From: Bdellovibrionia bacterium
Lineage (GTDB): Bacteria > Bdellovibrionota > UBA1018
Assembly: GCA_049424145.1 (NCBI GenBank)
Contig: JBMSSC010000022.1
Span: forward strand, 1 to 27,660
Length of the DNA stretch: 27,660 nt
Direction of reading: 5' to 3'
Shown here: positions 17,369 to 26,123 of the stretch, in pieces
Layout: the number at the start of each line of letters is the position of its first letter
Position numbering within the stretch: position 1 is the first letter of the stretch
Translations under genes and position numbers: made by a program
Notes under the pieces: model-generated
Told to the model about the DNA's origin: nothing
Database searches by the model: none
The model's input: only the letters and a program-made list of their open reading frames with translations

Positions 17369-18411
17369 TCTGGAGAGTGCTTCGGTTTTTTCTCTTTCAA
17401 CTGGAGGCCGAAACCGCTCATCGCTTGACGCTCGGGTGGATTCGATGGGTGAAGCGAGTGTTGGGATCCTCCCTTCTCAGAACGCTCAGCGGTGTGAGGT
17501 GGGTGGAAGGGGGGCTCTGCGTTTCTCCTTCGGAAGGATCCTCCTTGTGCTCCGTGTTTGGGATGCCTTTTGCCTCGCCCCTAGGTTTAGCAGCGGGTTT
17601 TGATAAGAACGCAGAGATCCTCCTTGCTTTGCCCGATCTGGGTTTTGGGTTTGTGGAGGTGGGTACGGTCACTCCACGACCTCAGCCGGGCAATCCTCCT
17701 CCCCGGCTCTTTCGAAATGCGAACGAGCAAGTCCTCTTTAATCGGATGGGGTTCAACGGGCTTGGGGCAACCTGTGTTGCTCAAAACGTGGCTCGTGCGC
17801 GGGAAAAATTACCCGAGACCTTTCGCATCGGTGTTAATATTGGAAAAAACAAAGAGACCCAAGCCCATGAAGCCAAAAACGACTACCTAAAAGCGGTACG
17901 TCCTTTTGAGTCTTGGGTGGATTATGTGGTGATCAATGTGAGTTCTCCAAATACTCCTGGTTTAAGAGCGCTTCAGAGTGTGGAGTCGTTAAAGCCCATT
18001 GTTGGGGAAGTGGCCGGTTTCATGGGCTCGTGGAGAAAAAAAGTGCCTCTTTTGTTGAAGCTGGCTCCTGAGCTTGAGGAATTAGAATTACGGGAGTTGA
18101 TCGTGGGGCTTGAGCCATATGGCGTGGAGGGTTGGGTCCTCACCAATACCTTAGCGGGAACTTATGGTGCTTCCCAGCAGACTCTCTCGGGAGGTTACAG
18201 TGGTCGGATTCTTGCTGAAAAAGCCCAAGCGAGTTTAAAGAGTGCCCGAAAATTCACCCAGGCACCCATCATTTCCGTGGGTGGAATCATGACTCCGCAA
18301 CACGCTCAGGATCGTCTTAGTTTAGGTGCGCAGTTGATTCAGATCTACAGTGGTTGGGTTTTCAATGGGCCCAGGTTTCCTCGGAGCATCTTAAAACAGG
18401 GACGCAAGTGA
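17365..18411 (+). CDS. pyrD: Dihydroorotate dehydrogenase, quinone-dependent (class 2)
   Basis: GLAAGFDKNA, GTVTPRPQPGNP, NRMGFN, NIGKNK, NVSSPNTPGLR, LKLAP, TNT, GGYSG; TTG start overlaps the upstream stop (TTGA). Confidence 0.96.
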   Translation: MIWRVLRFFLFQLEAETAHRLTLGWIRWVKRVLGSSLLRTLSGVRWVEGGLCVSPSEGSSLCSVFGMPFASPLGLAAGFDKNAEILLALPDLGFGFVEVGTVTPRPQPGNPPPRLFRNANEQVLFNRMGFNGLGATCVAQNVARAREKLPETFRIGVNIGKNKETQAHEAKNDYLKAVRPFESWVDYVVINVSSPNTPGLRALQSVESLKPIVGEVAGFMGSWRKKVPLLLKLAPELEELELRELIVGLEPYGVEGWVLTNTLAGTYGASQQTLSGGYSGRILAEKAQASLKSARKFTQAPIISVGGIMTPQHAQDRLSLGAQLIQIYSGWVFNGPRFPRSILKQGRK

Positions 18412-18424
18412 TGGGTCTGGTGTG

Positions 18425-18457
18425 AAAAAAAAAGCCCCAGACTGAAGTCTGAGGCTT
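18425..18457 (-). terminator. Rho-independent terminator of the lysine-rich microprotein gene
   Basis: Minus strand AAGCCTCAGAC-TTCA-GTCTGGGGCTT running into a T9 tract; the single non-Watson-Crick position is U-G on this strand. Confidence 0.85.
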
Positions 18458-18484
18458 GATTTCGCTAAAATGCGCGGAAAAAAC

Positions 18485-18565
18485 TTACTTTTTCTTAGCA
18501 GTCTTTTTCTTAGCAGTTTTCTTCTTAGCGGTTTTCTTCTTTGCAGCTTTTTTCTTAGCAGCCAT
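18485..18565 (-). CDS. 26-aa Lys/Ala/Thr repeat microprotein (histone H1-tail-like): MAAKKKAAKKKTAKKKTAKKKTAKKK
   Basis: Not in the ORF track. SD GGAGG 7 nt upstream of ATG 18565; five 15-nt repeat units varying mostly at synonymous positions; TAA stop; own promoter-like sequence and terminator. Confidence 0.88.
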   Translation of the reverse strand: MAAKKKAAKKKTAKKKTAKKKTAKKK

Positions 18566-18613
18566 TTTATTTTCCTCCGTTAAAGCATCAAACAATCTTA
18601 ATGCTCAACTTTT

Positions 18614-18641
18614 ATGTTACCTCGAAAGTTTTTGTAATCAA
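18614..18641 (-). promoter_or_regulatory. Putative sigma70 promoter of the microprotein gene
   Basis: TTGATT-16 nt-TAACAT, with A/T tracts upstream resembling an UP element. Confidence 0.55.
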
Positions 18642-18849
18642 GAAAAGATCACAAAAAAGTTGATTTTTTTTTTCAAACTCATGCTCCTCAAAATGGGTTC
18701 AAAACAGATTTTGTTCTAAAAATTGCCTCATAAATATTCCAAAAAAGATCACTGCGACTCAGAACGGCCTAAAAATGGGCCTCATTCAGATTTTGTTGCC
18801 TTCTCAATGATACACGATCAATATAGAATGAGAGCAAAGGGAGACTCCT

Positions 18850-19767
18850 ATGAGACGGATCATGGTGATCAATGAGCAAAAAGAAGAGCTGGATCGGCTC
18901 ACTCAGATCCTCTTTCAACCGGGGTATTCCGTTCAATCGGTTCAGGAGTTGAGCCAAGCGTTGCATCGTTTTCGCACCTGGAAGCCTCAATTGGTGTGTC
19001 TTAGGGTGAGTCTTCCTCAGCTCAAGGAACTCGAGTTGATTTCCAAAATCCGCCTCATGTCGGTGGAGGATTACTGTACGATCCTCCTTTTATGCGAACG
19101 ATCGGAACCCGAAGCCTTTGCGCGGTTGATGGAGTCGGGAGCCGATGACTTTTGGATGGGCCCTATCGATGAACTTCAACTGCACGCTCGGGTGCGTGCC
19201 AGTTTTCGGCACAAAGAAGTTCACGACTCGCTCAAGCGAGCCAGTCATCGGATTGAGGAATTGGTTTTACTGGATGATCTGACGGGATTGATGAACATTC
19301 GAGCCGTTTACCGAAAAGGGGAGGAAGAAATCACTCGCGCACACCGAATGGTCAGGCCTATTTCTGCGATTTTAATTAATCTCGATGGGTTTTCCTTGGT
19401 GAATCAAAGCTGTGGCTTCCTGATTGGTAGTCAGGTCCTGCAAGATATCGCTCGTCACATTCGAACCAGTTTAAGAAAATTAGACCTCATTGCACGCATT
19501 GGGGCTGATGAGTTTTTCATCGTGTTGCCCGATACGGATCTCACCCATGCGCAAGTGGTGGCGGAGAAGATCAGGGAGCTCATTCAACAGATCGAATTCA
19601 ATCATTTGAATCAGTCCTTTAGTTTAACGGCGAGCTTAGGTGTGGCGGGTCTGACTCCTGATCAAACTAATCAGAGAATGGGAGACTTGCTTCATTTAAC
19701 CATTGAAGCCTTGAAATCAGCAAAGGCTAGTGGTCCCAATCGGATTGAGGTTTATTCTTTCTCTTGA
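18850..19767 (+). CDS. Receiver + GGDEF-domain protein, both domains degenerate
   Basis: N-terminal REC-like fold (IMVINEQ...GADDF); DDLTGLMN, RKLDLIARIGADEF, TASLGVA, AKASGPNR; SD GGGAG; upstream TTCTCA-17-TAGAAT. Confidence 0.9.
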   Translation: MRRIMVINEQKEELDRLTQILFQPGYSVQSVQELSQALHRFRTWKPQLVCLRVSLPQLKELELISKIRLMSVEDYCTILLLCERSEPEAFARLMESGADDFWMGPIDELQLHARVRASFRHKEVHDSLKRASHRIEELVLLDDLTGLMNIRAVYRKGEEEITRAHRMVRPISAILINLDGFSLVNQSCGFLIGSQVLQDIARHIRTSLRKLDLIARIGADEFFIVLPDTDLTHAQVVAEKIRELIQQIEFNHLNQSFSLTASLGVAGLTPDQTNQRMGDLLHLTIEALKSAKASGPNRIEVYSFS

Positions 19768-19786
19768 AGTAGGTAACACTACAAGA

Positions 19787-22174
19787 ATGCAAGGAAGAAA
19801 ACCGGTTGTCTTTGAGATGAATCAGAGCGATGGCTTTCCTCCTCTGGATTTTAGGGAGAAAAGAAAACGCAAACGAGAACGCCTCCTCATTGTTTTCCTT
19901 TTGGCTTTGTTTTTTGCGCTCACCTTTGCCGAGTATCACCTTAGCCAGATCTCCAGCACCCTGCCCTTTGTGAACTCCATCTTTTTTTTTGGGCTCCTGA
20001 ACGTCAACATCATCATTCTGATTGCCTTAGTCTGGCTGGTTTTTAGAAACATTGGAAAACTCTTCATCGAGCGCCGGAGAAAAGTTCTGGGCGCACGCTT
20101 AAAAACGAAGTTAGTGATCGCGTTTTTAGCCTTTTCCTTAATTCCAACTCTGGTGTTGTTTCTGATTTCAGCGCTTTATATCAATTCCAGCTTTGATAAG
20201 TGGTTTTCGCTTAAGATTCAAAACACACTTGAGGCGTCTTTGGAGATCACGCGCTCTTATTACCGGAGCACCGAGGAGACGGCCATGCACTTTGCTGAGT
20301 ACCTGGCTGAATCGGTAGGGAAGAAACTTGTGGAAGGAGAGCCAGGTGCCAGACCCTCGGGGCCTTCGCCCTCGGTTCCTGCTGTTCCTCCCGGTCTCCG
20401 CAGCTACTTGAAATCCCAGTCGGAACTTTTGGCCTTAGATGCGGTGGAGTTTTATTTGAGCCCCCACGCCCGAGCCTCACGAGTCTTGGTCAAGCGTCAG
20501 ACTCAGTCCCCTGATCGGCGCGCCTATCCCCCACTCAGTGGAGTGATCTTGGAGAAAGCCTTTTTAGGGCAGAAGCTCTCCCTGATGCAGCACGTGGGCT
20601 CTGGGGATCTGATCCGCTCATTGGTTCCCGTTCGCCAGTTCACTGGGGGGCGAGAGGGGGTGGTGGGCGTCATCGTGGTGAATGCCTCCATTCCGTTGAG
20701 CTTAGTGAATAAGGTGGGCGAGATTTCCAGTGTCTTTGATGATTATAAAGAGACGAATCCTCTGAAGTATCCCATGAAGACCACCTATTTGGTGATCCTG
20801 ATTCTCATTACCTTGGTCTTGGTTTTTGTGGCGGTTTGGGTGGGTCTTTACATGGCCCGAGAGCTCACCGTACCCGTTGAGCGCTTGGTTCAAGGAGTGG
20901 AGGCCGTGGGCTCGGGGAACCTCGATATTGAAATCTTAGGCTCCGGACATGATGAAATCGCCGTTCTCGTGGAGTCTTTTAATCAGATGACTCACGACCT
21001 GAGAGATCATCGCCACCAACTTCTTCAGGCCGGGGCAGATTTAGAGAAACGACGTTTGGAGCTTGAGGCTATCTTAGCAAATATTGGAACCGGAGTGATG
21101 GCGATTGCTCCTCACGGTGAGATTACCTTATTGAATGAGGCAGTCTCCCGTTTGTTTGAGATTGAGCCCTCTGAAGCCCTTCATCGAAATTTCTCGGAAA
21201 TCCTAGGCGTGTTACCAGACAATGGGGCTCCCTTGGTGAAGCTCATTCATAGTGCTCTGCAGGCCTCCTTGCAGGGAAGTGAACGCGTCCAGCAATCGGG
21301 GCACTGGAATTTTAGGAAGCACGAGAGCGTTCATGTGCTCGTTGCTACGGCTGCGCCGCTGAGACAAGGATCCACTCACTGGGGGGTTGTGGTGGTGATT
21401 GATGATCTGACTCCTATGATCAAAGGTCAGAGGGAGATGGCTTGGCGAGAAGTCGCTCGTCGGATTGCTCATGAGATCAAAAATCCGTTGACCCCCATTA
21501 AGCTATCCGCTCAGCGTTTGCAGCGGCGCATGGGGGGGTATTTGGGAAGCGAGGGGGCGTTACTGAAGGAGTGCACAGATACCATCATTAAGCACACGGA
21601 TGAGCTGAAGGAGATGGTCAACGAGTTTTCCAACTTCGCTCGGTTCCCTGAAATTTCCCCTGCGCCCCATGATCTCCATGAGGTGCTTTGCGAGGCGGTG
21701 GCTCTCTTTAAGCAGGCCCATTCAGAGGTGACCTTTCTGACTCAGTGGGCGAGTGTGATGCCGATCTTTGAGTTTGATCGAGATCAGATGAAGCGGGTGA
21801 TTTTGAATCTTTTGGACAATGCTATCTCGGCGCTCTCCAGTGACTCGTCGCATTCTCCCAGGCAGGTTCGATTGATCACCCATTATTATGAACCGCTGCA
21901 AATGGCCGTCATCGAAGTCAGCGACAATGGAATGGGGATGACCGAGGAGGTGAGGGCTCGAGTGTTTGAACCGTATTTTTCGACCAAAAAAGAGGGCTCA
22001 GGCTTAGGGCTTTCAATCGTCAAGCGAATCGTGAATGATCATGATGGTTTCATTCGAGTTCGATCGGCTCCAGGGGAGGGGACTCAGTTTTTGATTGAAA
22101 TCCCGACCTCAAGGTGCAGTCTCTTTCATTCAGGAGTGAGAAAGTATGATCTCTTCCCTAGTCCTAGTCATTGA
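19787..22174 (+). CDS. NtrY-like sensor histidine kinase (TM-HAMP-PAS-HisKA-HATPase)
   Basis: SFDKWF, HAMP DEIAVLVESFNQMT, H-box AWREVARRIAHEIKNPLTPIKLSAQRL, NLLDNA, DNGMG, FEPYFSTK, GSGLGL. Start ATG 19787 or 19817. Confidence 0.93.
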   Translation: MQGRKPVVFEMNQSDGFPPLDFREKRKRKRERLLIVFLLALFFALTFAEYHLSQISSTLPFVNSIFFFGLLNVNIIILIALVWLVFRNIGKLFIERRRKVLGARLKTKLVIAFLAFSLIPTLVLFLISALYINSSFDKWFSLKIQNTLEASLEITRSYYRSTEETAMHFAEYLAESVGKKLVEGEPGARPSGPSPSVPAVPPGLRSYLKSQSELLALDAVEFYLSPHARASRVLVKRQTQSPDRRAYPPLSGVILEKAFLGQKLSLMQHVGSGDLIRSLVPVRQFTGGREGVVGVIVVNASIPLSLVNKVGEISSVFDDYKETNPLKYPMKTTYLVILILITLVLVFVAVWVGLYMARELTVPVERLVQGVEAVGSGNLDIEILGSGHDEIAVLVESFNQMTHDLRDHRHQLLQAGADLEKRRLELEAILANIGTGVMAIAPHGEITLLNEAVSRLFEIEPSEALHRNFSEILGVLPDNGAPLVKLIHSALQASLQGSERVQQSGHWNFRKHESVHVLVATAAPLRQGSTHWGVVVVIDDLTPMIKGQREMAWREVARRIAHEIKNPLTPIKLSAQRLQRRMGGYLGSEGALLKECTDTIIKHTDELKEMVNEFSNFARFPEISPAPHDLHEVLCEAVALFKQAHSEVTFLTQWASVMPIFEFDRDQMKRVILNLLDNAISALSSDSSHSPRQVRLITHYYEPLQMAVIEVSDNGMGMTEEVRARVFEPYFSTKKEGSGLGLSIVKRIVNDHDGFIRVRSAPGEGTQFLIEIPTSRCSLFHSGVRKYDLFPSPSH

Positions 22175-23609
22175 TGATGAACTGAGCATCCGACAGTCGC
22201 TCACAGGAGCTCTCGAAGATGAGGGCTATCGTGTTCTTACGGCCTGCTCGGCTGAGGAAGGAATCGAGGTGATTCGTTCCCAGCGACCGGATGTGGTGCT
22301 TTTAGATATTTGGATGCCTCGGGTGGACGGCATTGAGGCGCTCAGGCAAATTCGTGCCCAGTGGAGTGATCAAATCGTTTTGATGATGTCGGGACATGGA
22401 ACGATTGAGACCGCCGTCCGAGCAACGAAGCTTGGGGCGTTTGACTTTATTGAAAAACCGCTCTCCTTGGAGCGGCTTTTGGTTTTGTTACAGAATGCTT
22501 CAGCTCTTTTGGCTTTGAGCCGAGAGAACCAGGCATTAAGAAAACACTTGAGTCAAAAGCGACCTCTGATTGGGGAGCATGCGGGGATGGCTCAAGTGCA
22601 TGAGCTCATCAAACGAGCGGCTCCCACCAAAGGCTCTGTTTTAGTGACAGGAGAGAATGGAACCGGCAAGGAGCTCGTGGTTCAGCGGATTCATGCCCTC
22701 TCCTCACGCTTCAATCAGCCTTTAGTCGAGGTGAACTGTGCTGCGATTCCTGAGGAGTTAATTGAAAGTGAGCTCTTTGGCCATGAGAAGGGGGCTTTTA
22801 CAGGAGCCACTCAATTGAGGCGAGGAAAGTTTGATCTGGCTCATGGGGGCACGCTCTTTTTAGATGAAATTGGAGACATGTCGCTGAAGACTCAGGCTAA
22901 GATTTTAAGAATTCTCCAAGAACAAAAGTTTGAACGCGTGGGAGGGTTTCAGACGATCTCTGTGGATGTGCGCGTGATTGCAGCAACCAATAAAGACCTG
23001 CGCCTTGAAATTTCAAATGGGAATTTTCGAGAGGATTTATTTTACCGACTGAATGTGATTTCAATTGTGGTCCCTCCTCTTCGGGATCGAGTGGGGGATA
23101 TCCCGCTTTTGACGGATTATTTTTTAAAAGAATTTTGCACCTCTCACGGACGCCGCTTACGGCAGCTCTCCTCTGAGGCCATGCAAATGCTGATGGCTTA
23201 CCCGTGGCCTGGAAACGTGCGCGAGCTGCGAAACTTGATGGAGCGCTTGGTGATTCTCACCACGGAGTCTGAGGAGGGGCAGGAGGTTTCGGCGGCCGAT
23301 CTCCTGGGACATCTCCACGACGATGCCTTTCGTCCTCAGGTTCAAGAAGACTCCTTCTGTGGGCTAATCCCCAAACGAGAGGGGGTAGGCGTCTTGAGTT
23401 CCTCTTCTGCTCTCTCCTCTCAGGCGCCTGGGGCTTCCTTGGGTGAGGAGAAAAGAAACTTAAGGGATGCACGACACGAGTTTGAAAGGAGCTTCATTTT
23501 AAAGACTTTAGAGAAAAACGACTGGAACGTTTCTCGGACAGCTCAGATTCTGGGGATTGAGCGCAGTCACCTGCATCGGAAGATTAGATCCTATGGGCTT
23601 GAGTCTTAA
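22146..23609 (+). CDS. NtrX/NtrC-like sigma54-dependent response regulator (REC-AAA+-Fis HTH)
   Basis: VIDDE, LLDIWMP, GENGTGKE, ESELFGHEKGAFTGA, LFLDEIGDM, WPGNVRELRN, C-terminal HTH WNVSRTAQILGIERSHLHRK. Confidence 0.95.
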   Translation: MISSLVLVIDDELSIRQSLTGALEDEGYRVLTACSAEEGIEVIRSQRPDVVLLDIWMPRVDGIEALRQIRAQWSDQIVLMMSGHGTIETAVRATKLGAFDFIEKPLSLERLLVLLQNASALLALSRENQALRKHLSQKRPLIGEHAGMAQVHELIKRAAPTKGSVLVTGENGTGKELVVQRIHALSSRFNQPLVEVNCAAIPEELIESELFGHEKGAFTGATQLRRGKFDLAHGGTLFLDEIGDMSLKTQAKILRILQEQKFERVGGFQTISVDVRVIAATNKDLRLEISNGNFREDLFYRLNVISIVVPPLRDRVGDIPLLTDYFLKEFCTSHGRRLRQLSSEAMQMLMAYPWPGNVRELRNLMERLVILTTESEEGQEVSAADLLGHLHDDAFRPQVQEDSFCGLIPKREGVGVLSSSSALSSQAPGASLGEEKRNLRDARHEFERSFILKTLEKNDWNVSRTAQILGIERSHLHRKIRSYGLES

Positions 23610-23657
23610 AGTCGGCTGAAAAAAAATCAAGCAACAGCCTGCTTCTTGCATCCTGTT

Positions 23658-24446
23658 CTAGCCTCGGTGCTTTTCCCTCTGCATGAGTTGCCAGATTTTT
23701 AGTTGGCGGACTAGGCGAGAGGCTCCCTCTAAGAGTGAGATGACCACGCCGTGGATGCCGTCTTTAAATCCCCCATAGTAAAAAAGGGATTTTAAAAAAT
23801 GAGCGGGAAACGCCAGAACCATCTTTGGAAGGTTGGTTCGTTGTCCTTGGGAAAATCGGTCCTTGGCCTCTAGCGTGGTGTACTGATTGAGCTTCTCTAA
23901 GTACTTCTCAATGCTCCAATCCGTTTTATGAAAGATGGGTTCATGGAGTTCTTGGGGGGGGTGAGCAAAAAGCGGGTACTCATGGACTTCATTGACGTAC
24001 TGAACGCCTTGCCGATGAAAAAAGCGGTCTTGGTAGCTTGGGTTCCACATCCCGTGTTCAATCAGTCTGCCCATAAAATACTCGTAGCGACGGATTTTAT
24101 AGGCTCTCTCGGGTGGGCCTCCCGCTTGGCTGAGGAGGGATTGGATTTTTTGTGCCAGCTCGGAGCTGCATTCCTCGTCGGCATCGACTGAGAGGACCCA
24201 GTCGTATTTGGCTTGGCTCAGAGCAAAGTTTCGTTGGTTTTTAAAACCCTTCCACGGGTTTTCAATCCAGCGCAGGCGCGACGCCCACGGCTGATTCGGG
24301 TCCAGGCAGATGCTCTTCGTCTGATCTTGGCTTAATGCGTCGATGACCAGGATTTCATCCGCCCAGCACAAGGAGCGGAGGCAGTTTGAAATTTTTTTCT
24401 CTTCATTAAACGTAATAACAACGGCAGTCACAGGTGTTTGATTCAT
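23658..24446 (-). CDS. Glycosyltransferase family 2 (WaaE/KdtX-like LPS core glucosyltransferase)
   Basis: VITFNEEKKISNCL, EILVID, QRNFAL, WVLSVDADE, VHE, KLNQYT, GFKDG. Confidence 0.9.
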   Translation of the reverse strand: MNQTPVTAVVITFNEEKKISNCLRSLCWADEILVIDALSQDQTKSICLDPNQPWASRLRWIENPWKGFKNQRNFALSQAKYDWVLSVDADEECSSELAQKIQSLLSQAGGPPERAYKIRRYEYFMGRLIEHGMWNPSYQDRFFHRQGVQYVNEVHEYPLFAHPPQELHEPIFHKTDWSIEKYLEKLNQYTTLEAKDRFSQGQRTNLPKMVLAFPAHFLKSLFYYGGFKDGIHGVVISLLEGASRLVRQLKIWQLMQREKHRG

Positions 24447-24502
24447 TCTAGGTTAAGTTTTTGCATACCGGAGCTCCACCTTCAATCAAAACTAGACGCC
24501 AG

Positions 24503-24539
24503 CCTGTGAGGGATCACAGGACAAAGCACGCGTGCTTTG
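24503..24539. repeat. Tandem palindromes in the divergent GT2/proS spacer
   Basis: CCTGTGA-GGGA-TCACAGG (24503-24520) followed by the perfect 18-bp palindrome CAAAGCACGCGTGCTTTG (24522-24539). Confidence 0.7.
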
Positions 24540-24549
24540 CTCAGGACAC

Positions 24550-24578
24550 TTGCAGGTCAGCTGAAGGCGGGATAGGGT
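24550..24578 (+). promoter_or_regulatory. Putative promoter for proS
   Basis: TTGCAG-17 nt-TAGGGT, ending 9 nt before ATG 24588. Confidence 0.4.
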
Positions 24579-24587
24579 GGGGCGGCT

Positions 24588-26054
24588 ATGGCAGAAAAAA
24601 TTACTCCTCGTTCTGAAGATTTTTCCCGATGGTACCAAGATGTCGTGCTTCAAGCGAAGCTTGCCGACTACAGTCCCGTCAAAGGGTGCATGGTGATTCG
24701 GCCCAATGGATACTCCATTTGGGAGCAGATTCAAAAGGACTTGGATCGGCGAATTAAGGCAACGGGTGCAAAAAATGCGTATTTCCCGATCTTCATTCCG
24801 GAGAGTTTTTTAAAGAAAGAAGCCGAGCACGTGGAGGGGTTTGCTCCTCAGTGTGCCGTGGTGACCTATGCTGGGGCTAAGGATTTAGAAGAAAAACTCG
24901 TCATTCGACCCACCTCCGAGACGATTATCAATAGCATGTTTGCTAAATGGATTCAGTCGTATCGGGATCTTCCCCTGATGATCAATCAGTGGGCCAACGT
25001 GGTGCGCTGGGAAATGAGAACTCGCCTCTTTTTAAGGACTACGGAGTTTCTCTGGCAAGAAGGTCATACCTGCCATGCCACAGCTGAGGAGGCCGAGGCC
25101 GAGACGCGTCAAATGCTGCGAGTTTATCAGCAATTTGCTGAAGAAGTCCTGGCGATGCCCGTCATTGCAGGTCAGAAATCGGAATCGGAAAAGTTTGCAG
25201 GAGCCTTAAGAACCTATTCGATTGAAGCCATGATGCAGGATAAAAAAGCCTTACAGGCGGGCACTTCGCATAACCTGGCCTCCAACTTTGCTCAGGCGTT
25301 TCAGACGAGCTTCTTGGATAAAGACGGTCAGAAGAAGCTGGTGCACCAGACGAGCTGGGGAGTTTCAACTCGTTTGATTGGGGGGATGATCATGACTCAT
25401 TCCGATGATCACGGGCTAGTTTTACCCCCTCGCCTAGCGGGCACGCATGTGGTGATTGTGCCGATCCTCTCCCAAGCCGCTGCCAAGGAGTCGGTCCTTC
25501 AAGCAGCTCACGGGTTGGCTCAGGCCCTTCAAAAGGCAGCCTCTGACCTTCCTTATGCTTTAGGCGTGCACGTCGATCAAGATGAGACCAAGCAGCCGGG
25601 TTGGAAGTTTCACGAGTATGAGCTTTTAGGGATCCCTCTTCGAATTGAATTGGGCCCCCGCGATCTGGAAAAAGGACAGGCCGTGATCACGCGAAGGGAT
25701 ACAGGGAAAAAAGAGTTTCTCCCCCTCTCTCAAGTCCCAGATGTTGCGGTTTCTCACTTAAAAACCATGCAACGAGAGCTTTTAGAGAAAGCCCGTCGTT
25801 TCCGGGATGAGAGCACCCGGCGGGTGGAAGCGTACCCTGAGTTTAAGAAAATTTTACAAGAGCAGGGCGGTTTCTTTGAGGCTCCTTGGTGTCAGAGCAA
25901 AGAGTGTGAGGCCAAGGTGAAAGAAGAGACCAAGGCAACGATTCGCTGCCTTCCTGTGGATGCCTCGTTTCAGACCTATGCGGAGCAGGCTCCATGCATG
26001 GTCTGTGCTCAAGGCGGACGCTCCGTGCGCGCAATATTTGCAATCAGTTACTAA
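24588..26054 (+). CDS. proS: Proline--tRNA ligase, archaeal/eukaryotic-like type (no INS editing domain)
   Basis: [66 protein letters not shown]-terminal Zn-binding cysteines and terminal Tyr (FAISY). Confidence 0.98.
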   Translation: MAEKITPRSEDFSRWYQDVVLQAKLADYSPVKGCMVIRPNGYSIWEQIQKDLDRRIKATGAKNAYFPIFIPESFLKKEAEHVEGFAPQCAVVTYAGAKDLEEKLVIRPTSETIINSMFAKWIQSYRDLPLMINQWANVVRWEMRTRLFLRTTEFLWQEGHTCHATAEEAEAETRQMLRVYQQFAEEVLAMPVIAGQKSESEKFAGALRTYSIEAMMQDKKALQAGTSHNLASNFAQAFQTSFLDKDGQKKLVHQTSWGVSTRLIGGMIMTHSDDHGLVLPPRLAGTHVVIVPILSQAAAKESVLQAAHGLAQALQKAASDLPYALGVHVDQDETKQPGWKFHEYELLGIPLRIELGPRDLEKGQAVITRRDTGKKEFLPLSQVPDVAVSHLKTMQRELLEKARRFRDESTRRVEAYPEFKKILQEQGGFFEAPWCQSKECEAKVKEETKATIRCLPVDASFQTYAEQAPCMVCAQGGRSVRAIFAISY

Positions 26055-26123
26055 GGTGACTGAAACCACAGGCGTGGTTTGAGGTTGGATCAACCCGGAA
26101 TGCAGAGGGAAGTGGTGGGGAGA

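Noticed and set aside
18485..18565. 15-nt tandem repeats as a CRISPR array or non-coding VNTR
   Set aside because: No spacers, and variation is mainly at synonymous codon positions, as expected for a coding repeat.
18456..18719. 87-aa plus-strand ORF with FFLAV repeats
   Set aside because: Antisense shadow of the lysine-rich microprotein; SD, promoter and terminator all point to the minus strand.
19982..19990. T9 tract in the kinase gene as a phase-variation site
   Set aside because: Encodes FFF in a transmembrane helix; the frame is intact and there is no evidence of slippage.
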